Positions 25,814 to 38,068 of a DNA stretch of 64,000 nucleotides are shown here, one piece after another. A program made the position numbers and the translations under genes. Under the pieces are notes generated by a model, which was not told where the DNA came from, made no database searches, and worked only from the letters and a program-made list of their open reading frames with translations. Numbering within the stretch: the first letter of the stretch is position 1; the number at the start of each line of letters is the position of its first letter. Source of the DNA: Tubiluchus corallicola. Its lineage: Eukaryota; Animalia; Priapulida. Location of the stretch: positions 62,001 through 126,000 of the forward strand of contig JAQGDQ010000515.1 of assembly GCA_030141605.1 (NCBI GenBank), given 5' to 3'.

Positions 25814-26248
25814 CCGTATTTTCCCATGTATAAGAGACCCTTGTGTATAAGAGACCCCTTCAATTTTTAGGCAAAAATTCTGGAAAAAAGTTTTTTGGTA
25901 ATGAATAACTTTATTCATCATAGAAATCATTAAATTCCTCATCACTCTCATCAAAAATATCAACTGGAGTCAGACCTTCAGCAATTCCAGCCAGTTCATC
26001 ATCAGAGGAGTCACTCTGCTCAAAAATGGCATTGTCCTCTGTGCCGTCCATGGCATTGGAGATGCCAAACTTCTTGAAAGATTTAATAATGACCTCTGGC
26101 TTTACACCATTCCATGCCTTGAGGACCCAGCTGCAGACTTCTCCAAGGGTTGACGTATCAAAGACTTACTCCCATGTATAAGAGACCCCCTATTTTTAAA
26201 GTAAAAATTCTGAGCAAAAAAAGGTCTCTTATACATGGGAAAATACGG
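25814..26248 (-). mobile_element. Internally deleted pogo/Tc2-like DNA transposon
   Basis: TIRs ccgtattttcccatgtataagagacc with TA TSDs. The internal minus strand encodes a pogo-type transposase C-terminus (EVCSWVLKAWNGVKPEVIIKSFKKFGISNAMDGTED plus an acidic tail). Confidence 0.85.
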
Positions 26249-26482
26249 TAATAATATACTGTATTATTACTTCGGGATATTTTCACTTGGGAATGTTTGC
26301 ACACCTACCAGCTATTTTATGGCTGATGTTTATAACAAGAATGCTGGACTACATATTATAGTGAGAAAACCTGCTAGTGGAGTCACCTAGGTGTTGATGA
26401 CAATCTAATGTATGTGCAATTTGTCGCAATTACAGTCGAAGAACTATTTATCTCAAAAGTTATATTATAGCTACTGGAGATT

Positions 26483-26535
<53 letters not shown>

Positions 26536-27720
26536 AGCAAATGTTGGAATCGCCTAAAACCGAGCTTATTTCACTTCAAAAAGATTAATATTGGCCGTTC
26601 TACTAGCCCAGAATAAGATTATTTTCTTTACCAGCTGTGTAATAAATTATTCAACGTTTACTGACGTTTTCAATTATTATTATTAAATAAAGAATGACGA
26701 CTGACGCTGCCAGTCCGGTTAACGACTCAATTCGTGACGTGTCTCTGGTCTCCTACTTGGGCAGCCCATGTACGATACTTCTTACTCGGGCTAGTGGGTT
26801 ATTCGGCGCCCAACATATGAACAAAATAAAATGTTTATTCTAATAAATACGTATTGAGTTGACTTTGTATACCACCAACAATTCATAAATTGATTTGGAA
26901 CTAATACTACTCAGTAATAGCATTACGTTCAGTACGTTCTCTAGCTCTTATTGATCTGCTATGTACTATACTCTCTGTGAAGGAGAATAACTAAGCTGAC
27001 TAGTAAATATGCCTCTTCGCCGTGATTTAATCATAGAAATAATACAGTACGTCAGGATAAAACTCTTCGAAAAATCAGTGTTCAGTCTATTTCATCGGTG
27101 TCACCTGTGGATGGTTTTGAGCAACACAGCAACGGCAATATGGCAAATCCTATCAGCATCTCGGCTTGACAAGAAACGATTACCCATATTGTTTTGCTCG
27201 TGGCGGGTAGAAGCAAAGGCTAGGGAGCTTTTTCAACACTTTATGTATGTACGAAAATTTTAATTACTTGTCTTTACTAAAAGTTTTGAAAGTTGTAACC
27301 AATTTTATGTTGAAAAAGCGGCCAATATAATAACGTTACGTTGAGTTAGTTGTCTGCTTATGCGAATTTTTTTCGTGACTATATAATAATAATTTATTAT
27401 AGTAATCAGTATGTTAACGAATGACAGCATAATACTAGGAACCTTATTACATGTGTAACAGCATTATGATAATGATCAACGGGAGTGGATTTTTGACAAT
27501 TTTACTGCAACCTGCGTTTTGCTTTTACTATTTTTGTACGTCAGCATATTTATTCTGTATATAACCATATTTTGGTATAATTAATAGTAATTTCCTATAA
27601 GTTTTTTCCTTACCTTGAACGCTTAATTGGACTTTTTATGAGGTCAGCTGCCAGAGGGACTTAGCTTAGTCTGACAATAAATTTCACCATAAATATCCGC
27701 CTCCTTTTCAACAATGATCA

Positions 27721-30700
27721 ATGGACGAAGCAGCGAATAAAATTGTATGCGATGAATACAGGGAGAGAATTCGGCATTACGAAGACGAAGGTACGTATAT
27801 GGCAGAGCATTTCATTGAATTGTTTAAAAAATTTGTGACTCTGAAAAAGCACATTCAAGGTTCGCAAACTATGAAACTTTGGTTACTGTGAATTGTGTTT
27901 TTACAAAATCATGAAAATTGTTCATAAAATATTAAAGCACAAGAAAAACTCTTTGTAAATAAAACTTAAAAATCGTATTAAAATTACCAGAAGGCTCGTG
28001 CACCTATGGGCAGTAACGCTGCATAAAACTTGTAAATTTAAACTCCCACGATGACCGTTTGGTGCAGCCATTTTAATGCTAGGTCGTTTGAAACAAGTTT
28101 AGATAGCATTGTGTAAAGTTTGAAAAAATAATCAGAGCATGCGTAGCACATTCTTAACTAACTAAGCAAAAATATAAATTATTTTACATTGTCAATAATG
28201 CGTTGGTTTTTTTGTGAAACACTGGTGCACCCTGGGAAGGTGGTGCAGAGCTGTTTTACCAGCTGTCATAAACATTTTTAATCATTAAAAAAAAATTTTC
28301 AGTTACACAGGTCTTTCATACAGGTAAGTGTAATATGACTTTATATGAGAACAAGTTTTTTTGTGATACAGTGTTCCCTCGCTACTTAGCTGTTCGTTTA
28401 TCGCGGACTCGCTGTTTCGCGGGTTTCCAAAAATATTAATGTAACATATTTATCTTGGCATTTTTGCTGTTTCGCGGGTTTTTGAGGTACTCTGTCTAAA
28501 GTATTTTTGCACATGCGAATTTTGCATAAAAAATCACAAAATGCATAAAAATATATTAAAAATATTAATTCTAACATCAAAAGAATATTATAAATCATAA
28601 AAATTACCATTTACTGTAAATAGTGTTTTTATTCGGCTGATGAATAAACGAAATGTAGTAGTTGCGCCCGCTTGAGATGCTACAAGGTTTAAGAGTTTAA
28701 AACATGTTTATTAACATTTAAGTAAAGTTTTTTAAAAGATACATGTACAGTATGGGAAAAGTTATTAAGGGAATGGAAAAGGGTTATGTATAAGAGTGTG
28801 GGGAGGGTTTATAAAGACTTAAAATAATGTATAACTTTAATGTAAAATAAGTATAGCGTCCCTGCTTCGCGGAAATTCACTTATCGCAGGTGGGCCTGAA
28901 ACGGAACACCTGCCGCGATAAGTGAGGGAACATTGTAGTTCGAAACTTTGTATCCTTTTTTCCTTTGCTTTGCTGTGGGGATCTTTTGTTCGTTATATTG
29001 ATGAAAAACTTTAAACCTTAAATGCGGTACTAAGCCTAACTGTAACAGCTTTGTAACTTTGTTCCGTTATAGGCCCACCCGCGATAAGTGAGGGAACACT
29101 GTATACTACAAACTTTCCATTTCTTCCTTTTAGGTACAGGGGAATGGGAATCGGGATAACAGCGAATGGATTTGCCCTAATTCTGTAGTTTGCTGTGATT
29201 ACACCGTAGGTGAATTTGGGCGTAGATGAATCGAGACATCAGTTACAGAGTTATCATGTGCTCACGGTTTTTTAAAGTAAAAGCCCCAGCTCACTAGTAA
29301 TTTTTAGCATAAGTTTTAGGAATATGTGTGGAAATGATATTCCGTTCATTCTTGTAAAATAATTGAGTAAGTTATTGGTCGATTTTACATACGCCAGTTG
29401 CTTTACGCACACAAATCAGCGCTTGAACGAGCATTCACTAATGACTTCAAGGCAGGAGTGATCACGTGCTTAGTAATGAATCGGCATATTTTAGTCTCAG
29501 CTGTGTTTACTGTTTACACACAATCATCACGAGTACAGCTATAACCGTCTAGTGTCCGCTTTGGGGTTGGGAAACTTAAAAAGGGCTAACTCCATCTCTT
29601 CTTCCCTTACTGCAGCCTCCTGCTACACAAATTCTGGGCATTTTGCATCTCGTGTAATACTATAATAAATAACGTACAAAAAATATACACAATACAAAAC
29701 ACGTAGAAGCTCGTCAGTCAGATCGGAACTCACCACAGCAACTACAGCAGACACAAATATCCCATAATGCTTTTCAAGCAGTCCTGCCATGACTTCATTC
29801 ACGATGTGTAGCCGAAGTTTGGCGAGTGAAGATAGCGGAGATACGGTACAGCAAATGTTCAAATTGATGAGATCCAACACGTTTTATTCATTAATTTACG
29901 TAATTAGTTGCATGCTTAAAAACTGAGGTTTTCGCTTTTGCTAGTACTTTTCTGCTTTACGATGTTAGTTTTCACAATTATAAAAAATGACTGGGCGTTT
30001 ACTTTAAATTAACCAAGCTTTGCAATGAGCCGTTGAGAATCTGTTTTACTTCTTTCTTTTAGCATTTATTTCATGTTGAAATTAACTCTGTTCTCTAGCC
30101 AAACGGATGGGGAAAATCTTAGAGCGTATCGGGATTCGAGAGGCGGACCTTTCTCCGACTACGCAGGGCCATGTTCGCAGCCTGGCGGAACTCGCAGTCG
30201 AAGCTGAAATTAAAGACGTGTCTCTAACCAGGTAAGCAGTTTCTGAGAGACTTTGGCAAAATGCAGTAGATAAATGTCCCCTAATTAATATAAGACCAGT
30301 AAATATGGGACAGTCAACTCGTATGCCTACAGCAGGGGTGTGCAAATTGCGGCCCGCCGAGAGAACAAGAGATTTCTCAACCTTATGAAAGTGCGGCCCG
30401 GGCGATTAATTGAGTGTATTCAGCTGAAGTCCGTGCCACGATTCCAAAGATACTGCGGGTAGTTTTTTCTACTAGATTGGATGCTATTAACCCTTACAAG
30501 ACGGTTGTAGCTTAATGTCACTGTACTACACAGACTATGTGATACACATTACTAATATGCATTGTAATGAAATTAACACTATCTGTCCTGAAAGTAGAAA
30601 TATATAATTTGTAATATAAATTTTAATAACTTCTAAAATAGTTTCTCGAGTGTAGTAGTAATAATGTACGCTGGTCGGATGCTAAAAAAATCGTTATTAG

Positions 30701-33700
30701 GCCTTTCTGTACTTGGCTTCTTGATCAAACTGCCTGTGGCCCGCAGGAATTGCGGGAAAGTTTAATGTGGCCCGACTAGTCAGATAATTTGCACACCCCT
30801 GGCCTACACAATGACTCTAGCATACAACAATGATTCCCATTCATTCAACAGACTGAAATGTACTTTACCAGCTGTACATACAGAGAGGTTATGATGAAAC
30901 AGTCGACTTTAAATTCAGTGTGACCTTCATTAAGAATGATTTTCATTCTAGGAAACGGGACTCAAATTTCAAATGCCTATCTTAAAAAATTGACAAAATA
31001 CCAAAAATATTCTTTTTCTGTAACTAGGACTTATTAATAAGAGAAAATTTATCTATGTAGCCTAATGAGCCTTCTCTTAATGAACAAAGCAGTTCAATTC
31101 TTTTAGCTTTATTTTCAAACACTTAACTATTTGTTACTGTATCAATTTCTTTACTGGTCTGCTTAATCAGTACTTATTTGGCTTTTGTAAATACATAATT
31201 AATGCTTAAATTACTGTATCAATTTCTTTATTGGTCTGTTTTTTCATTACCTATTTGCCTTATGTTAACTACTTAATTAGTGCATAATAGGCTTTGCCTA
31301 TGTAAACTATTTGTATGTTTGTGAATTTGCCACTGATGATGACAGCAGTAGTCTGTCAAAATGTTTGGCATGATTTTTGACTATGTGAATGGGAAATTTT
31401 AATAAAGTTGTTTTGACTATACAGTCAGCCTCGGGTATAAGGTACTTTCTCGCTTATAAGGGACACACCTACACAGGTCTTGATTTTTTGTAACGTTGTT
31501 CCTATGTAGAATTCTTTGTATATAAAGTGCTCAGATATAAGGGACAATATCTTCAACTCCTACATAATAGAAACCCAGGTAAATCACCTTGCATATAACG
31601 GATCAAAGCAAAATTGATTGATTTTTAACCTCAATTTTTCGCAAACTCGACCCTAGAACAGCTCGGGTTCCGCGGTCACATACATCTCGCATCACTGAAG
31701 GAGCTTCTTACATACCGTTTGCATTGAATGTGTAGCAATAATCCATAAAAATATGGGTAAAAGTACAGGTCTAGATACACCCTCGGTCTGACTCAACTTC
31801 GGCTATAAGGAACATCGGATATAAGGGACGATTTTTTGCAGTCCGGAGGTGTCATTTGTATCCGAGGTTGACTGTAATTTAAATTACCATACCTTGTACC
31901 ATAAAATCTGTAAGTTTAAATTAACAGCAGGTAAAAGAACTGTTGATTAGTGATCACCGGCATCGTTTGATGTTTCAGCTACATGCTGGCTATCAATCAT
32001 TTGAAAGCCGAAGCACGCAAGATGACCAGAGCTCGAGAAGCTGAGACAAGGTGCCTGAATCAGCTTCTTGGACAAACTACAAAAGCTGTTCAGAAACTGG
32101 ATGAACACGAAAGGTGAAGTGGCTTCATTATTACTTTTATGTATATACAGGTCATCGTTGACTTACGACCACAACAAGACGACCTATGACTACAGTCAGT
32201 TTTGACCACAGCAAGCGACTTACGACCACAATCAGTTCTGACCATAGCAAGACGACTTACAACCACAATCAGTTCTGACCATAGCAAGACGACTTACGAC
32301 CACAATCAGTTCTGACAATAGCAAGACGACTTACGACCACAATCAGTTCTGACCATAGCAAGACGACTTACGACCACAATCAGTTCTGACCATAGCAAGA
32401 CGACTTACGGCCACAATCAGTTCTGACCATAGCAAGACGACTTACGACCACAATCAGTTCTGACCATAGCAAGACGACTTACGACCACATTCAGTTCTGA
32501 CCACGGCAAGACGACTTACGACCACAATCAGTTCTGACCATAGCAAGACGATTTATGACCACAATCAGTTCTGACCATGGCAGGATGACTTAAGACCACA
32601 ATCAATTCTGACCACAGCAAGACGACATACGACCACAGTCAGTTCTGACCACAGCAAGACGACTTACGACCGCAGTCGGGTCTGACCACAACAAGACGAA
32701 TCACTACCACAGTCAGTTCTGACCACAGCAAGACGACTTACGACCACAGTCAGTTCTGACCGCAGCAAGCCGACTTATGACCACAATCCGTTCTGACCAC
32801 AGCAAGACGACTTATGACCACAATCAATTCTGACCACAGCAAGACGACTTACGACCTCAATCAGTTCTGGTCAATTGTAAGAGGAACTGGATGCAAGTCC
32901 GACCCGTATGTTCAAGCGGTGCACTCCTTCATGTATGATAATGTGTGTGTGTGTGTGTGTAAAACATGGATATACAAACATACAAACAAACTAAAGATAA
33001 ATCTGATTCAAGATTAGTACATGAGCTGCTACAGTTAAATCAAAACCGGACCCAATCGTAAACTGTAGGTCAAAACAATTTACACTTTAAAATATTGAAA
33101 GGAAAGATACTGTTTTTTTTTAAAATTACTTACGTGAAAGAATTATTACCACACAACCACAATTTCACGTTCGCGCCACTAATTCTTCGTTGTTACATGC
33201 ATTTCGCCATTCGTTAGTTAGACGGGCACTAGCACCTGCACTACGGAAATGCACTGCACAAGAACAGCTGCTGTACCTCCCAGTTCAGATGTGTTAGTTT
33301 GTGATGAACTACACACGTTCGACAGCTCATGCGTCAGCACAGCGGTAAATTTAAAATTTGAATTTTTATCTTAAAACTTGCATAGTTTTAGTACAACACA
33401 CTGAATATCTTACAGAAGCACTGTACTTCAATTTTCGCTTTCGCAAACATGTGCAACACACTCGTGGAATATTTTTGCTCTTGAAAATTATGTTAGTTTG
33501 TGATGTCATCAATAGTTGGGCTCGCCCGCCGTTAATAAAGTTTTTAACCTATTATTTTGTTACCAGAAACACTTTTGCAGTATTAATCGTGTTAAAATGT
33601 ATAATTTTTATCAAACTTGAAAATGGGGTAGTATATGAAAAGTCATCCTGTCTTCCTTTAAAGGTAAAGAACAGTTGCTTTAACTTTTAAATATTTATCA

Positions 33701-34359
33701 CAGTAGGAAACTGAGGTACGATCAATGTGCGTTAGTTTTTTTTATATAGAAGCTAACCCAAGCAAGGTCAGTGGTCACTCGGGCAAAGGGTTGCAATAAA
33801 GGTGGAAATATGAACAGTTCGTTAATTGATTAAGGTGAACAAAGAGAGAGAGAGAGAAAGGAGAGAAGGGAGAAAGAGAGAGAGAGGAGGAGAGACAAAT
33901 GAAAGAGAAAAAGCGCGAGAGAGAGAAAGATACATCTGATACATTTACCATCCTACTGTACATTTGGATAATGTGATAAAATTAAAGTTTGTAAAGTTAA
34001 TAGGGTTTGTAAACAAGCCCCTTGTCACTAACTAAGCTGTAACTAATGGCCGTGTTGCAAATGTCGATAAATCATGTTTCCAAGACTACAAACGCAACTG
34101 TAAAATGATGCCGTCTCGGGTAAACATCTATCACGCAATTCAACGCAATAAATTTGTAGCGATTAACATACCTGTGTTATCAGATTCTACTACCAATTAA
34201 CCCAGTTCATTACTGGGAACTTCACACCTGATTTCTGCAACTCCTGCGCAATCTATAATCCTGTCCAAACACAAAGAACAAAGAGACACACACACAGACT
34301 CTCTCTTTCTCTCTCTCTCCCTCTCTGTGTGTCTCTCTCTCTCTCTCTCTGTCTCTCTT

Positions 34360-34407
<48 letters not shown>

Positions 34408-34902
34408 TCTCTCTCATACATTATTATTAATTTTCAAATATATAAAGAATTATTTGTGCGAGACTGTGAATTTGTTGTATCCTATTGCATAATTTGCTGT
34501 GTCTCTATGAAACTCCTCAAATAATTTGTGATTTTTCTTTCTTGTAGAGCACTAGATGAAGCCGAGAAGAGAGACTTGACTAAACGCACCGCCAGACAAG
34601 AACGAGAAGCGTCGTACCTTCGGAGAAAATGTGACGAATACAAATCGCGCATTCGCAAATGCGAAAAGGCACTGTCAGAAGTCGGCACGCCTCCCGAACT
34701 GTTCCATTCCGAGCTCGTCAAACAGTCCAAACAAATTGAAAAAATCCGCGAACAAATCGAGCCGCTAAGGCAGGCGATAGACGCGTATAATAACCTGCCG
34801 GCCGACGTCAATCTGGCAAAATTAAAAGTGGAAGAACTTCGGTGTAAAGTTGATGATTTGGAAGCCGAATTGTGTGAGAGTGTAGCTGCCATTCACATGT
34901 AA
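27721..34902 (+). CDS. HAUS1: HAUS augmin-like complex subunit 1, about 230 aa (start uncertain)
   Basis: Exons 27721-27790, 30099-30231, 31979-32113, 34548-34902 join in frame (693 nt). Coiled-coil protein with HAUS1-like segments YEDEA, LAELAVEAEIKDVSLTSY, LFHSELV and PLRQAIDAYNNLPADVNLAKLKVEELR, matching the remembered vertebrate HAUS1 C-terminus (PLKKKLESYLDLMPNPSLAQVKIEEAK). Confidence 0.85.
28369..28935. mobile_element. Tigger/mariner-like MITE, second copy (extra terminal fragment at 29070-29101)
   Basis: TA|cagtgttccctcgctac ... gcgataagtgagggaacattg|TA, colinear with 23882-24488. Confidence 0.8.
30333..30801. mobile_element. hAT (Charlie-like) MITE
   Basis: 16-bp TIR caggggtgtgcaaatt, 8-bp TSD gcctacag/gcctacac (7/8 match) and subterminal gcggcccg motifs. 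Confidence 0.85.
31328..31370 (+). ncRNA. Degenerate minimal hammerhead ribozyme of a Penelope-like element terminal repeat
   Basis: Layout: tgcca (stem I) CTGATGA t gacag cagtagt ctgtc (stem II) AAAA (for GAAA) tgtt tggca (stem I'). An AATAAA follows about 30 nt downstream. Confidence 0.65.
31422..31875. mobile_element. Tigger-like MITE (related fragment at about 50193-50292)
   Basis: TA|cagtcagcctcgggtataag ... tatccgaggttgactg|TA inverted termini. Confidence 0.75.
32148..32890. repeat. 34-bp tandem array (about 20 copies), probably inside a Tigger-like MITE
   Basis: Unit gacttacgaccacaatcagttctgaccatagcaagac, preceded by ta|caggtcatcgttgacttacgac. Confidence 0.9.
33039..33657 (+). mobile_element. 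Full-length copy of the dominant TTAA-flanked (Kolobok-like) MITE family A
   Basis: ttaa|atcaaaaccggacccaatc ... catcctgtcttcct|ttaa, about 620 bp. Clearly similar to the copies at 41822 and 55070. Confidence 0.8.
34300..34415. repeat. (CT)n microsatellite
   Basis: Seen directly. Confidence 0.95.
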
Positions 34903-35199
34903 AAACTGCCGTTTCTCTTGTATGTGTTAGAGCATTTCAATCGTAAATTAATTCGTGAAACAGAAAGTAAATGTTATTTATTTTTATAGCCAGTAAATTT
35001 TCTTGTGTTCTACTTGAAATGTTGAACTGCGAAAGTTTTGGATGCAGTCAAATCAAATCAATTTATTTCACTCCAGCAATAGATATACAATACATAAATA
35101 TATACAATATGAAGGGAAAAAAATGTTGATGAAGTCAAATTAACTAAATAAGAGTTGCTGTATGACACCTTGAAAGCTTGGCTTGTTAAGGTGGCACAA

Positions 35200-35962
35200 A
35201 TGAGTGAATGAAAGAATGGTTAGGGTTAGTAGACATGATGGAATGGAAAAAATGGTAAGATTAGGGATAGGAAGAAGGAAGGGAGGGGAGGATGAGTAAA
35301 TGAAAGAATGGTTAGAGTTAGTAGACATGATGGAATGGAAAAAATAGTAAGATTTGGGATGGGAAGAAGGAAGGGAGGGGAGGATGAGTAAATGAAAGAA
35401 TGGTTAGAGTCAGCAGACATGATGGAATGGAAAAAATGGTAAGATTAAGGATAGGAAGAAGGAAGGGAGGGGGATGAGTAAATGAAAGAATGGTTAGGGT
35501 CAGTAGACATGATGGAATGGAAAAAATGGTAAGATTAGGGATAGGAAGAAGGAAGGGAGGGGGAGGATGAGTAAATGAAAGAATGGTTAGGTCAGCAGAC
35601 ATGATGGAATGGAAAAAATGGTAAGATTAGGGATAGGAAGAAGGAAGGGAGGGGGAGGACGAGTAAATGAAAGAATGGTTAGGGTCAGTAGACATGATGG
35701 AATGGAAAAATGGTAAGATTAGGGATAGGAAGAAGGAAGGGAGGGGGAGGATGAGTAAATGAAAGAATGGTTAGGGTCAGTAGACATGATGGAATGGAAA
35801 AAATGGTAAGATTAGGGATAGGAAGAAGGAAGGGAGGGGGAGGATGAGTAAATGAAAGAATGGTTAGGGTCAGTAGACATGATGGAATGGAAAAAATGGT
35901 AAGATTAGGGATAGGAAGAAGGAAGGGAGGGGGAGGATGAGTGAATGAAAGAATGGTTAGGG
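35200..35962. repeat. About 92-bp purine-rich tandem repeat, about 8 copies
   Basis: Unit atgagtaaatgaaagaatggttagggtcagtagacatgatggaatgg...ggaggg. Confidence 0.9.
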
Positions 35963-37309
35963 AGTAGGCTTATAGAGCTTGGAGATAGGATGTAGCTTAA
36001 AATAGCAAATATATTATACACTTAATATACAAAAAAACAATTGATAAAAAAGACAATTAACAAGTATATAATTGAGTTTGTTAAAAGGACAAGAAAATCC
36101 TGAAGGCTTCAGAAAAATCGCCTTAAAATCATATTACTTTACAGCTATTTTATGCGTATATCGTACTCGTGCTGAAAGGAATTCTCGTTTGTTTTCATTT
36201 TAAATTTCCCTCAATGCTGTTCTGATAGCGCCATTACATGACGTTATATACGCACAACGTAAAACAGGGGAAGAAAAGAAAATGCTAAATTATGTCCCAA
36301 AAAACTTTTCATGCAAAATTATATTAGGAATTTCGCTTACCAGCTGGAAAGACTTATGTAACTAGAAATAATAATTTAAAGTGTTTTCACCAATTGGTAA
36401 AATTTGTTGACTCGCCTCCAGGGTGCGCCACTCACTAAACAAAAACGTATTTTTAATCTTATTGACAAGATACAGTAATTTAAAATTTTACTTAGTTAGT
36501 AACGTGTGGCCATCGGATGCTCTGATTATTTTTTCAAACTTTACTCGGTGTTATCTGAACTTGTTTCAAATGACTTATCGTCAAAATGGCTGCATCTAAC
36601 GGTCATTAGGGGAGTTTAAATTTACAAGCGTTATACAGTGTTACTGCCGACGCAAGCCCCGTGTGTAAAAAAGCAGTACGTAAGTGGTACAAAATTTCAA
36701 GACGAACTTCATGTAAATAGAGAGTTTTATTGTGCTTAAAAACACCGTGAAATGTCACTAGTTGCTTCATGTGCTGAATCAAGCCCTTTCCTCAATCAAA
36801 GAATTGGGATCGTTCCCTTTTTTCTTGAAATTGCTGCTTTTTTTCGGGGAACTGCTATCAGCGTGCTTCGTTTTGCCATGAAATTAAAGTTTGTTCACTT
36901 CCAATGGTTAGCAGTAGTGTTCTAATGTTACTTGTTGCCATGGTAACGGCAGCTGTTCCTTACAACCATTATGGATCATAATGTAATGCACGAACATTAT
37001 CATGCAGTAAACATTTTAATACTCGTTTATTTTAAACTTTAAAGGTGGTATACACTAGTCAATACGTTCAGCCAGACATTAAACGTTCAATACGAAGTTC
37101 AAATGACTTTATTACAAATTTTGCTTGTAAGAATGCAAAATAGTCAAATTACCGATTTTTTCAATAAATAGTAATTAGTTACAGTCACATAGTTAGTTAA
37201 AAGGAATTAAATAAAGCACATTTTGATTGATTTTTCAGGTTAATTTTTTTTACAACTAAAAAATTAATCATTGAAATGAGGTCCTGCAGTCGTAATTGTT
37301 GATTTTTTC

Positions 37310-37756
37310 GCATTTTGCTTTCATTTTATATTTCTAAATTTTTTTCGTATTCACAATTTCTTTTAGTTTTTCATTTTGTATTGCTAATTTCTTTTTAATT
37401 TTTGTTTCGTATTCCCAATTTCTTTTAGTTTTTCATCTTGTATTACTAATGTCTTTTAGTTTTTTATTTCGTATTCCCAATTTCTTTTTAATTTTTTTGT
37501 TGCGTATTCCTAAATTCCTTTTGTTTCATATTCCAAATTTTTTTTAGTTTTAGGTTTCGCATTCCGAATTTTTTGTTTTTTTCGTTTCGTATTCCCAATT
37601 TCTTTTAGTTTTTGGCTTCGTATTCCTAATCTTTTCTTAGTTTTTTGTTTCGTATTCCTAATCTTTTCTTAGTTTTTTGTTTTGTATTGCTAATTTTTTA
37701 GTTTTTGGTTTTGTATTGCTAATTTCCTTAAGTTTTTTGTTTCGTATTCCTAATTT
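37310..37756. repeat. Degenerate T-rich repeat of about 31 bp
   Basis: Recurring tttcgtattcccaatttcttttagtttt. Confidence 0.8.
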
Positions 37757-38068
37757 ATCATATAGTTATCGATATGAAGTTTCATCAAATACTTATCGTA
37801 TAAACGGCAACACTTGTCAATCTTTTGACAATAATGCTGTCTATCCTTTACTGCTATTAATAGTTGGATGGGCAAAAACAGATTAAATCTCAAAGACATA
37901 AATAAGTTTACTGTCTGCGCACATTGCAATAATTATTGCGCACGTGTTAATGAAAATTGCTAAAAATGTTGATGCTTATCAGAACGAGCACGAAAACTTC
38001 AAAATTCAAAGAACAAAACGAAATTGAAGGTAACCCATATTGCATGTATTCACAGTTAAATAATTACA

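Noticed and set aside
27009-27263. 84-aa ORF upstream of HAUS1
   Set aside because: It has no recognisable homology and no splice path that restores the HAUS1 N-terminus.
28637-28655. CTGATGA...CGAAA hammerhead-like core
   Set aside because: There is no stem II or flanking stems; it is a deletion junction inside a Tigger-like MITE, and the sister copy differs.
33358-33690. Recurrent ORFs containing [16 protein letters not shown] (also 11414, 42025 and 63464)
   Set aside because: These are chance translations of the same non-coding MITE family A.
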